From: an uncultured bacterium
GTDB lineage: Bacteria; CAIJMQ01
NCBI GenBank assembly: GCA_964573245.1
Contig: CAZNJA010000031.1
Span: 1-16,057 of the forward strand
Length of the DNA stretch: 16,057 bases
Direction: 5' to 3'
Shown here: in pieces, positions 1 through 7,017 of the stretch
Layout of the letters: every line of letters starts with the position of its first letter
How positions within the stretch are numbered: the first letter of the stretch is position 1
Translations under genes and position numbers: made by a program
Notes under the pieces: model-generated
Told to the model about the DNA's origin: nothing
Database searches by the model: none
What the model saw: the letters and a program-made list of their open reading frames with translations, nothing else

Positions 1-550
1 TTCGGGTTTCTTGGGTGGCTTTGTGCCTTAATAAGAGATTTTTCTGCATCTTATCTCTTCTTAAATCAATATATCTGTATTTAAGCCGGACTTCTTCGCC
101 GATTTGCTCGGCATCAAGTTCAAAAGGAGGTGTTTCCGATTCGTTTAAAACTTTCATTTCATCAACAACAACTTCCAGTTTTCCCGTGGGAAGAGCTGTA
201 TTTACTGTGCCTTGAGGACGCGGTCTGACATCACCCCTTATGGCAATAACAAATTCGCTTTTTAAACTTTCGCCTCTAGCGTGTATTTCAGCACTCGTCT
301 GTGGGCTAAATACTATTTGTACAATACCCGTTTTATCCCACAGGTCAACGAAAATTACTCCGCCATGGTCTCGGCTTGTTCTAACCCAACCCATCAAGGT
401 AACAGTATCGCCTATTTCTGCGTTTGAAACTTCACCGCGCTCCGTCGCTGACGCCGTCGGACATAGCCCTATGGCGTCGGACGAAGCTATGGAGCGTAAG
501 CAACAATAATGCGTCCTTTTCCATCCGCCTAAACTTTCTATATTTGTCAT
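1..550 (-). CDS. aspS: Aspartyl-tRNA synthetase, N-terminal part (runs off the left edge); probably the non-discriminating Asp/Asn type
   Basis: Not in the ORF track. Manual translation from ATG at 550: MTNIESLGGWKRTHYC[22-aa insert]GEVSNAEIGDTVTLMGWVRTSRDHGGVIFVDLWDKTGIVQIVF...RPRPQGTVNTALPTGKLEV...PPFELDAEQIGEEVRLKYRYIDLRR. These are AspRS anticodon-domain and hinge motifs. The gene follows hisS, a common gene order. Confidence 0.96.
   Translation of the reverse strand, partial: MTNIESLGGWKRTHYCCLRSIASSDAIGLCPTASATERGEVSNAEIGDTVTLMGWVRTSRDHGGVIFVDLWDKTGIVQIVFSPQTSAEIHARGESLKSEFVIAIRGDVRPRPQGTVNTALPTGKLEVVVDEMKVLNESETPPFELDAEQIGEEVRLKYRYIDLRRDKMQKNLLLRHKATQETR
437..502. repeat. 66-bp palindromic in-frame insertion in aspS (encodes CLRSIASSDAIGLCPTASATER)
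   Basis: Splits the conserved RTHYC|GE motif. Outer arms cgctccgtcgct (438-449) and agctatggagcg (485-496) pair at 10/12. Inner arms are gacgccgt (450-457) and atggcgtc (471-478). Confidence 0.85.
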
Positions 551-572
551 GATTAAAATTTTTCCTTTAATT

Positions 573-629
573 TGTAGTGGCCGAGTTTACTCGGCAAAGA
601 CAGATAGCAAAGTAAACTTTGCCACTACA
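573..629. repeat. GTAG-type REP doublet (REPIN) 1
   Basis: tGTAGtggccgagtttactcggc ... agcaaagtaaactttgccaCTACa: two inverted units, each GTAG plus a hairpin. Confidence 0.8.
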
Positions 630-637
630 TTTTGACA

Positions 638-707
638 TTGTAGTTGCCGATTCATCGGCTCTGTTTTTGGGACATTTATTTAAAAGCCCATAAATGGGCA
701 ACTACAA
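638..707. repeat. GTAG-type REP doublet (REPIN) 2
   Basis: ttGTAGttgccgattcatcggct ... agcccataaatgggcaaCTACaa: an inverted pair with internal hairpins gccgat/atcggc and gcccat/atgggc. Confidence 0.8.
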
Positions 708-745
708 CGGCTACAAAACTATACTCATCCCTTTCCCTATTGTAT

Positions 746-822
746 TGTAGTGAGCGAGCTTGCTCGGGAAAGATAACGGCAAAGCAAGCTTTGCCCGCTT
801 CGCAGCGAGGCGAGCCACTACA
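746..822. repeat. GTAG-type REP doublet (REPIN) 3, with the right REP interrupted by a 21-bp hairpin
   Basis: tGTAGtgagcgagcttgctcg ... ggcaaagcaagctttgcc[cgcttcgcagcgaggcgagcc]aCTACa. Same family as REPIN 1. It abuts the hisS stop codon. Confidence 0.75.
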
Positions 823-2094
823 TTAAATTTTTATTTTACGCTTCAATTCACTAATTATATCCTTAATTTTTATATTTTCTTCACTACCGGTTTTCATGTC
901 TTTCAATTTCACTATATCTTTTTTAATTTCGTCTTCCCCGATAACAATAACGTAACAAGTTTTTAATTTATCGGCTTTTCTAAACTGCGATTTTAAACTG
1001 CCGTTTCTATAATCCATATCTGCGGATATGCCCTCGCGTCTTATTCCCTGCAATAGTTTAAACGCCGTTTTGAAACAATTATCGCTTATTGGAATTATAA
1101 AAACGTCCAAACCTTCCGAAACAGACGGTATCTTTTTTTCGTTTTGCAAAACCGAAATCAAACGTTCCATACCGCCGGCAAATCCGCAAGCGGGAACCGA
1201 CGGCCCGCCGAATTCTTCTACCAGTTTGTCATATCTTCCGCCTCCGATTACGGTGGACTGCGCTCCAAGACCCGAATATACAAACTCGAAAGTGGTGCGG
1301 GTGTAATAATCCAATCCTCTTACAAGATGCGGGCTGATAGTATAAGGAACTTTCAAAAGTTTTAGGTTTTCTTCCGTTTCGTTCAAGTATTTTTTGCACT
1401 CATCGCAAAGAGATTTCGAAAACGGAGGAATCTTTTTCAAATATTTTTTGCAGTTTTCGTTTTTGCAATCAAGCATTCTCAAAGGATTTGTCTTATATCT
1501 TTTTTGGCAATCTTCGCAAAGTTTTGAGTTGTCGTCTTTCAATGTGGAAACGATTAATTTTTCATATTCCGGCCTGCAATCGGAACATCCAACGCTTCCC
1601 AATAAAAGCTCGAAATTATCCACTCCTAAACTTTTCAGGATGAAATACCCCAGATAAATAATTTCAGCGTCTATTGCGGCACTTGATGCGCCCAATACTT
1701 CCACGCCGAACTGATGAAATTGGCGTTCCCTGCCTGCCTGCGGCCTTTCGTATCTGAAAAAAGGTCCCTTGTAATAAAGTTTCAAAATTTCGTCTTTTTG
1801 ATAAAGTTGGTTTTGCAGGTACGCTCTTACAACAGGCGCGGTCCCTTCGGGACGGAGTGTTAAACTTCTGCCTTTTCTATCGGGGAAAGTGTACATTTCC
1901 TTATTTACGATATCGGTTGCAGAACCGATGCTTCTTACGAAGAGCTCCGTCATTTCGAAAATCGGAGTCCTTATTTCCCGATAACCGAAATTCTTGAATA
2001 TTTCGGAAACTTTTCCTTCCACATATTGCCACAAACCTATGTCTTCGGGAAGAATATCCTTTGTTCCTCTTAATGACTGGTATTTCATCGCCAT
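823..2094 (-). CDS. hisS: Histidyl-tRNA synthetase
   Basis: Motifs RGTKDILP, KEMYTF, LRPEGTAPVVR, FRYERPQAGRERQFHQ, LVRGLDYY, GGGRYD and GMERL. The start is probably ATG 2094 or 2088 rather than 2205, which would overlap ftsY. Confidence 0.97.
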   Translation of the reverse strand: MAMKYQSLRGTKDILPEDIGLWQYVEGKVSEIFKNFGYREIRTPIFEMTELFVRSIGSATDIVNKEMYTFPDRKGRSLTLRPEGTAPVVRAYLQNQLYQKDEILKLYYKGPFFRYERPQAGRERQFHQFGVEVLGASSAAIDAEIIYLGYFILKSLGVDNFELLLGSVGCSDCRPEYEKLIVSTLKDDNSKLCEDCQKRYKTNPLRMLDCKNENCKKYLKKIPPFSKSLCDECKKYLNETEENLKLLKVPYTISPHLVRGLDYYTRTTFEFVYSGLGAQSTVIGGGRYDKLVEEFGGPSVPACGFAGGMERLISVLQNEKKIPSVSEGLDVFIIPISDNCFKTAFKLLQGIRREGISADMDYRNGSLKSQFRKADKLKTCYVIVIGEDEIKKDIVKLKDMKTGSEENIKIKDIISELKRKIKI

Positions 2095-2150
2095 AATATT
2101 AATTAAAACTCTTTGATTCTCATTAATAAAATTTTGTTGTTTGCTTTTAC

Positions 2151-2171
2151 TAGTATCTAGCATCAAGCATC
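2151..2171. repeat. Three imperfect tandem heptamers
   Basis: tagtatc-tagcatc-aagcatc in the ftsY-hisS spacer. Confidence 0.45.
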
Positions 2172-2179
2172 CCATTCTT

Positions 2180-3118
2180 TTATTCTTCAAACATCGAAGA
2201 TACAAAAACTTTCGGGTCGAAAATTTCGAAATCCTCCATGTTTTCCCCTGCCCCGATAAATTTTACCGGGACGCTCAATTCTTTTTCTATCACAGCTATT
2301 ATACCGCCTTTTGCTGTTCCGTCTAATTTTGTCATAACAATGCCTGTAACGCCAAGCTCATCTATAAAAACTTTGGCTTGAGAAAGAGCATTCTGTCCGG
2401 TAGTTGCGTCCAAAACAAGAAGAATTTCTTTCAACGCGCCAGGCATACGGTTATCAAGCACTCTTTTGATTTTCTTCAAACTTTCCATAAGGTTTTTATC
2501 TACATGAGACCTGCCGGCAGTGTCTATAATCAAAAAATCCGCCCCTCTTGCTTTTGCCGCTTCCATAGCGTCATAACATACAGCCGCCGCATCTGCGCCG
2601 TGGCTGTGTTTTATTACATCTATGCCGACTTTGTTTCCCAAAATACCGAGTTGTTCGATAGCTGCGGCGCGGAATGTATCACCAGCGCCCAAGATAATTT
2701 TCTTACCTTCGTTTTTTAATTTATAAGCCAATTTTCCCGTGGTAAGGGTTTTGCCCACTCCGTTCACGCCCAAAACGAGAACAATTGAAGGGGGCGTATC
2801 GCAAACATTCAAATCTCTGGTTGTGGGAAGAAAATTTTTTAAAATCTCTTTTTCCAAATTTTGCAGTATTTCGTTTTTGTCGGCTGTTCTTTTAGTGTGT
2901 GTTTTTAAATTTTCCAAAACTTCGCAAGCCAGTTTTACTCCCATATCGGCTTCAATAAGAATTCTTTCCATTTTATCCCATAAACTTTCTCCTTCTACTT
3001 GTTCTTTGAACAGCCCGGAAAGCTTTTCCAGAATTGAAGTGCGGGTTTTTAAAAGCCCTACTCGCATCCTATTGGAAGGATTCTTTAAAGAACCTGATGT
3101 TTTCTTTTTGAAAAACAT
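2180..3118 (-). CDS. ftsY: Signal recognition particle receptor FtsY (short form, NG domain only)
   Basis: GVNGVGKT, DTFRAAA, DTAGR, LDATTGQN and TKLDGTAKGG motifs; lies directly downstream of smc. Confidence 0.96.
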   Translation of the reverse strand: MFFKKKTSGSLKNPSNRMRVGLLKTRTSILEKLSGLFKEQVEGESLWDKMERILIEADMGVKLACEVLENLKTHTKRTADKNEILQNLEKEILKNFLPTTRDLNVCDTPPSIVLVLGVNGVGKTLTTGKLAYKLKNEGKKIILGAGDTFRAAAIEQLGILGNKVGIDVIKHSHGADAAAVCYDAMEAAKARGADFLIIDTAGRSHVDKNLMESLKKIKRVLDNRMPGALKEILLVLDATTGQNALSQAKVFIDELGVTGIVMTKLDGTAKGGIIAVIEKELSVPVKFIGAGENMEDFEIFDPKVFVSSMFEE

Positions 3119-3126
3119 TTTCAGAG

Positions 3127-6100
3127 TTATTTTGCCGTTTGAGAAACGGGTTTATCAGAGGATTCGGCAACCGCCGCATCTGCAGAAGGTTCGGATTTAT
3201 TTGTTTTTTTTGCGTCTTTTTTGCCCGAAGTAAATTTCACGGACACCACCCTGGAAACCCCTGGTTCCTCCATCGTTATGCCATATAAGACTTCCGAGAT
3301 GGATAATGTATTCTTGTTGTGGGAAATTATTATAAACTGCGTGTTATTTGCTAAATCTTTCAAAAAATTCGTGAATCTGCCGATGTTAGTATCATCCAAG
3401 GGCGCATCTATTTCGTCGAGGATGCAAAACGGAGAAGGTTTTACTTTAAAAAGCGCAAAAAGCAAAGCGATTGAAGTTAATGCTCTTTCCCCTCCCGACA
3501 TCAAACTAATGGAGGAGAGTTTTTTGCCGGGGGGTGAGACAATAATGTCCACTCCCGCTTCCAGAACGTCCTGCGAGCCCACGAGTTTCAAATCAGCTTC
3601 GCCGCCTTGGAAAAGGTTTATAAAGACGCTTCTGAACTCTTTGTTCACTTTGTTGAGGGTATCTCTAAATAAACTGCGAGCGGTGGAATTTATTTGGTTT
3701 ATAGTATCTCGCAGGGATTGCTCCGAGTCCAGCAAATCTTTCTGTTGAGATAAGTAAAAGTTATATCTTTCGTTAAGTTCTTCTTCCTCTTCTATTGCGG
3801 CAAGATTTACGTTTCCCATGCTTGTAAGTTTATCTTTTGAATCTTCTATTCTTTCTTTTATATGCTCTTGGACCGTTTCGGTTTCGGGAGGAGTGAAATT
3901 ATCCAGCGATACCGCGTAGTTGGAAAAAATATTTTCTTTTAAATCTTTGATTCCCGTTTCAATTTTGGTTTTTTCTATTTCTAACGACTGTAAAGCGTTT
4001 TTTCTGTTTTCCAGTTCGGAACTTTTTTCTCTTATGAAAGTCTCTTTATCTTTACTTTGTTCGCCTGTAATGACCCTTTTATCTTTCAGCTCTTCCAAGT
4101 TCTGTTTCAGGGATTCTATTTGTTGTTTTTGTTCTATGAGTTTGGTACTGCTTTCTTCCGTGTCCTTTTTTAAAGACTCTATTTTCTTGTTAACCTCTTC
4201 GGCTTCAGCGCTCAAGTTCGGAATTTCTTCCCGCAACACTTCTTTCTTATCCTGCAAATCTTTAAGAGCCCCTTCCGCGTTTTGGCGGGACTGTTTCAGG
4301 GTAAATAGTTTTATTCTCTTTTCCTCATAAATTTCTTTTGTTTTTTTCTCTTCTTCGTCCAGAGACTCAAAAGTTCCTTTTATAGAGCTTATCTGCGAAC
4401 TATGTTCGCTTATCTTTATCTGCATCCTTTCCAGTTCTTCTTCCAACTGTTTATGTTTCTCTTCTGCTTTTTGTCTTTCCTGCTCAAGATTTTTTTGCTC
4501 GTCTAACAAAAACTTATCTCTTTTCCCCAACTCGTTTAGTTTTTCCGAAATAGAACCGCTCTCTTTTTCTAAATCCGCTATGTTCCCGTTTCTACCTGCC
4601 AGAATTTTCCCTTCTTCCTGCAAATCCTGCTGTATTTTTCGCAGTTTGCCCAGTTCTTTGGTTTTTTCTTTTTCTACTGCCTTTAACTTTTCCTCGATAG
4701 AACCTACATCTTTTTGCATCTTATTTATTCTTTCTTTTCTACCGAGTAAAGCGCGCATCTGGTTTCTGGAACCACCCTGTATGAACCCGCCCGGATGCAA
4801 TAGGTCCCCGTCGCGGGTTACTATCTTGTAATCTTCGGACAAAGAATAATATAACCTCATCGCCTCTTCCCAATCCTTGGCGATGACAACTTTGTCGAGA
4901 AGATAATTGAATATGCCTTCAAACTCCTGCGGGAATTTTACCTTGTCTATCGCGAATTCATATTTTGAGTTGACGACAGCCCTGGTTCTTTTTATATTCT
5001 CAACGGGAAAGAAAGTGGCTCTTCCTCTCTCTTTTTCTTTCAATAATTTTATAAGTCTGGCAGCCGCATCGTTGTCTTTTACTATCAGACCATGGATGTT
5101 ATCCATCAACGCTATCTCGATAGCTTTTTGCAGTTCTTCCGGCGCCTGCAGAGTGTTGAACACCAAACCGTAAGCATGCGATTTCTCTTCGGAGTCCATG
5201 ATAAATTTGACGGAACTTTGCACTCCTTCTTCTTTGGAATGCATTTCCATCAGCGCGTCAAGATGCGTCCTTTTCATATGCAAAGAGGATTTAACCGCAA
5301 GCAGGTTATCTTCAACGCTTCTTAACGCTTCTTCTATTTTAACTGCGTTTTTTTCGAGGAGTTTAATTTGAGCTTCTGTTTCTTTAGCTTCTTTTTTTCT
5401 GTTTTCCAGTTCTCGTTTTTTAGAATCAAGTTCATTTTGCAAAGAAAGTTTCCGGGAAGACATGCCTTCTTTTTCGTCGGATAGTTTCTTCAATGCCACT
5501 TCAAGATTATGGATGTTCGCCTTCGAATTCTCCAAAGCATTTTTGAGGCGTGCTCGTTCGGATAATAACTCTATCAACTGTGAATTTTTGTCTTCGAGTT
5601 GTTGTTCGTTTGTTTTTTCGGTATCGGATAATTCGGAGATTTTTTTGAAGATTTCCTGTGTTTGTGCGCTTAACTCCTCTTCTTCTTTTTGCGCGTCTTT
5701 CAAAGTCTTCGTATGCGTTTCTATCCGTCGTGAAACATTAGCAAGTTCTTCGTCCAATTTTCTTTTCTCAACGCTCTCTTCCTGCAATTTAGCGGTTAAA
5801 TTTTTGATTCTCTCCTCATTGACGACAATTGTGGAATTGCCTCTTTCTATTTCTGACAATAAACGCAGTTGTTCTTCCCTTTTCTCTTCCAACTCCGTTT
5901 CGATTTTTCCCAATTCTTTCTGCAAATTTTTAAAAGTATCCTCTTCCTTTTTGAAAACGACGTCTATACCACTTTTTTCTTTGCTGGAGTTTTCTATAGC
6001 CGAATCTACTTTGCCTTTTTCTTTCTGAAAAGTTTTATATTGATAAAAAGCGTCCGTCACCTGAAGATTTTGTAATTCTTCTTTTATGCCCTGATAACGT

Positions 6101-6768
6101 TTGGCTTTGAAAGCCTGCCTTTTCAGCGCATTGCCCTGACGTTCCAGTTCGGCGATTATGTCCTGAATTCGCAGTAAATTTTGTTTGGTGAGTTCCAACT
6201 TGTGCAAAGCTTCGTTTTTCCGTTTGCTGTATTTCGTTATACCTGCGGCTTCTTCGAAAATATGTCTTCGCTCTTCGGGCTTGGAATTGAGAATCATGTC
6301 CACTTGGTCCTGGCTTATGACCGAATAAGCGTTTACGCCAAGCCCCGTGTCCATAAAGACTTCTAATATATCTTTCAAACGGCAGGGCGCCTTATTGATA
6401 AAATATTCGCTTTCGCCCGAGCGGAAAACTCTTCTGGTAATGGTAATTTCCGAAAACGTGAGTTCAACGCCGTTGCTGCCGCTTAAAGAAGGAGGAGCGT
6501 AATGACTGGGATTGGAGAATGTCAACGAGACTTCAGCCATGCCGAGCGGCTTGCGTGTTTGGCTACCGTTAAAGATAAGCTGTTCAGTTTGTCCCGCGCG
6601 CAGGGAATGGATGCTTTGTTCGCCCAAAGTCCAGCGAATTGCATCGACTACATTGCTTTTCCCGCAACCGTTGGGGCCGACTATCGCGGTAACGCCCGGT
6701 TCGAACTGAAATTTAGTTTCGTCGGGGAACGATTTAAAACCAAAAATTTTTAAACTTTTAAGTTCCAT
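3127..6768 (-). CDS. smc: Chromosome segregation protein SMC
   Basis: N-terminal GFKSF and Walker A GPNGCGKSN; two long coiled coils around a hinge (GRATF, GGFIQGG); signature MSGGE; Walker B/D-loop ILDEIDAPLD; 1213 aa. Confidence 0.98.
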   Translation of the reverse strand: MELKSLKIFGFKSFPDETKFQFEPGVTAIVGPNGCGKSNVVDAIRWTLGEQSIHSLRAGQTEQLIFNGSQTRKPLGMAEVSLTFSNPSHYAPPSLSGSNGVELTFSEITITRRVFRSGESEYFINKAPCRLKDILEVFMDTGLGVNAYSVISQDQVDMILNSKPEERRHIFEEAAGITKYSKRKNEALHKLELTKQNLLRIQDIIAELERQGNALKRQAFKAKRYQGIKEELQNLQVTDAFYQYKTFQKEKGKVDSAIENSSKEKSGIDVVFKKEEDTFKNLQKELGKIETELEEKREEQLRLLSEIERGNSTIVVNEERIKNLTAKLQEESVEKRKLDEELANVSRRIETHTKTLKDAQKEEEELSAQTQEIFKKISELSDTEKTNEQQLEDKNSQLIELLSERARLKNALENSKANIHNLEVALKKLSDEKEGMSSRKLSLQNELDSKKRELENRKKEAKETEAQIKLLEKNAVKIEEALRSVEDNLLAVKSSLHMKRTHLDALMEMHSKEEGVQSSVKFIMDSEEKSHAYGLVFNTLQAPEELQKAIEIALMDNIHGLIVKDNDAAARLIKLLKEKERGRATFFPVENIKRTRAVVNSKYEFAIDKVKFPQEFEGIFNYLLDKVVIAKDWEEAMRLYYSLSEDYKIVTRDGDLLHPGGFIQGGSRNQMRALLGRKERINKMQKDVGSIEEKLKAVEKEKTKELGKLRKIQQDLQEEGKILAGRNGNIADLEKESGSISEKLNELGKRDKFLLDEQKNLEQERQKAEEKHKQLEEELERMQIKISEHSSQISSIKGTFESLDEEEKKTKEIYEEKRIKLFTLKQSRQNAEGALKDLQDKKEVLREEIPNLSAEAEEVNKKIESLKKDTEESSTKLIEQKQQIESLKQNLEELKDKRVITGEQSKDKETFIREKSSELENRKNALQSLEIEKTKIETGIKDLKENIFSNYAVSLDNFTPPETETVQEHIKERIEDSKDKLTSMGNVNLAAIEEEEELNERYNFYLSQQKDLLDSEQSLRDTINQINSTARSLFRDTLNKVNKEFRSVFINLFQGGEADLKLVGSQDVLEAGVDIIVSPPGKKLSSISLMSGGERALTSIALLFALFKVKPSPFCILDEIDAPLDDTNIGRFTNFLKDLANNTQFIIISHNKNTLSISEVLYGITMEEPGVSRVVSVKFTSGKKDAKKTNKSEPSADAAVAESSDKPVSQTAK
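6475..6504. repeat. Probable degenerate in-frame insertion in the smc head (about 10 aa, HYAPPSLSGS)
   Basis: The loop between EVSLTF and SEITITRR is 21 aa, against about 11 aa that I recall for bacterial SMCs. It shares TTACGCTCC with the start of the aspS insert. The palindrome is weak. Confidence 0.45.
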
Positions 6769-6782
6769 TTTTTACTTTATAA

Positions 6783-6810
6783 GTTCCGACGCTCCTTTGG
6801 AAGTCGGAAC
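6783..6810. repeat. Intergenic palindrome gttccgac-N12-gtcggaac
   Basis: Perfect 8-bp stem whose arms resemble the insert at 13786-13809 (gttcccgac...gtcggga). Confidence 0.7.
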
Positions 6811-6872
6811 AAAAAAGCTTTTGGTTTATTTTATCAAAGATATGAGGAAAATACTATGACATGGGGAAAAAC

Positions 6873-6901
6873 ATTACAACATATACTACCCATTGCGCCA
6901 A
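6873..6901 (-). promoter_or_regulatory. Possible sigma70 promoter for smc-ftsY-hisS-aspS
   Basis: TTGGCG-N17-TGTAAT on the minus strand, about 105 bp upstream of smc. Pattern match only. Confidence 0.3.
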
Positions 6902-6911
6902 AGAATATTTT

Positions 6912-6959
6912 ACCCGCGCACCAGCCCGCCAAAGATACAATGGCAGGACGGTGCGGGGT
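6912..6959. repeat. Composite palindrome: outer arms enclosing a 27-bp miniature-element copy
   Basis: Outer arms acccgcgcacc and ggtgcggggt. The inner segment 6923-6949 reads GTCCTGCCATTGTATCTTTGGCGGGCT on the minus strand, similar to CTTGCCCGCATTATCTTTAGTGGCGGG at 14643-14669. Confidence 0.65.
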
Positions 6960-6980
6960 TTCGCTCCACGGGAAAAACCC

Positions 6981-7013
6981 AAAAGCAAAGACACCACGGC
7001 TGTAAGGCCGTGG
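6981..7013 (-). terminator. Possible intrinsic terminator of the GH115/TRAP operon (alternatively an IS200/IS605-like end hairpin)
   Basis: Minus strand, just after the TGA: ccacggc-cttaca-gccgtgg followed by tgtctttgctttt. Confidence 0.45.
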
Positions 7014-7017
7014 AGCT

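Noticed and set aside
98-113. gccgatttgctcggca inside aspS resembles the REP hairpin
   Set aside because: There is no GTAG, and the protein is not lengthened at this point; probably chance.
437-502. Intein or self-splicing intron in aspS
   Set aside because: It is far too short and lacks the intein C-terminal His-Asn and any group I/II intron structure, despite beginning with Cys.
573-822. CRISPR array in the hisS-aspS spacer
   Set aside because: The units are inverted pairs with divergent sequences and irregular spacing, not direct repeats with uniform spacers. No cas genes are present.
1390-1590. Cys-rich segment of HisRS (CSDC, CEDC, CKNENC, CDEC)
   Set aside because: This is a common feature of the insertion domain in many bacterial HisRS proteins.
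2095-2205. 37-aa N-terminal extension of HisRS given by the ORF track
   Set aside because: It overlaps ftsY and the heptamer repeat; HisRS similarity begins at MKYQSLRG.
3130-3228. SMC C-terminal tail (…EPSADAAVAESSDKPVSQTAK) as another element insertion
   Set aside because: There is no convincing hairpin or family motif, and variable low-complexity tails are common in SMC.
6856-7005. 49-codon plus-strand ORF (MTWGKTL…) with an upstream GAGG
   Set aside because: It runs through GC-rich palindromes that suppress stop codons and has no other support.
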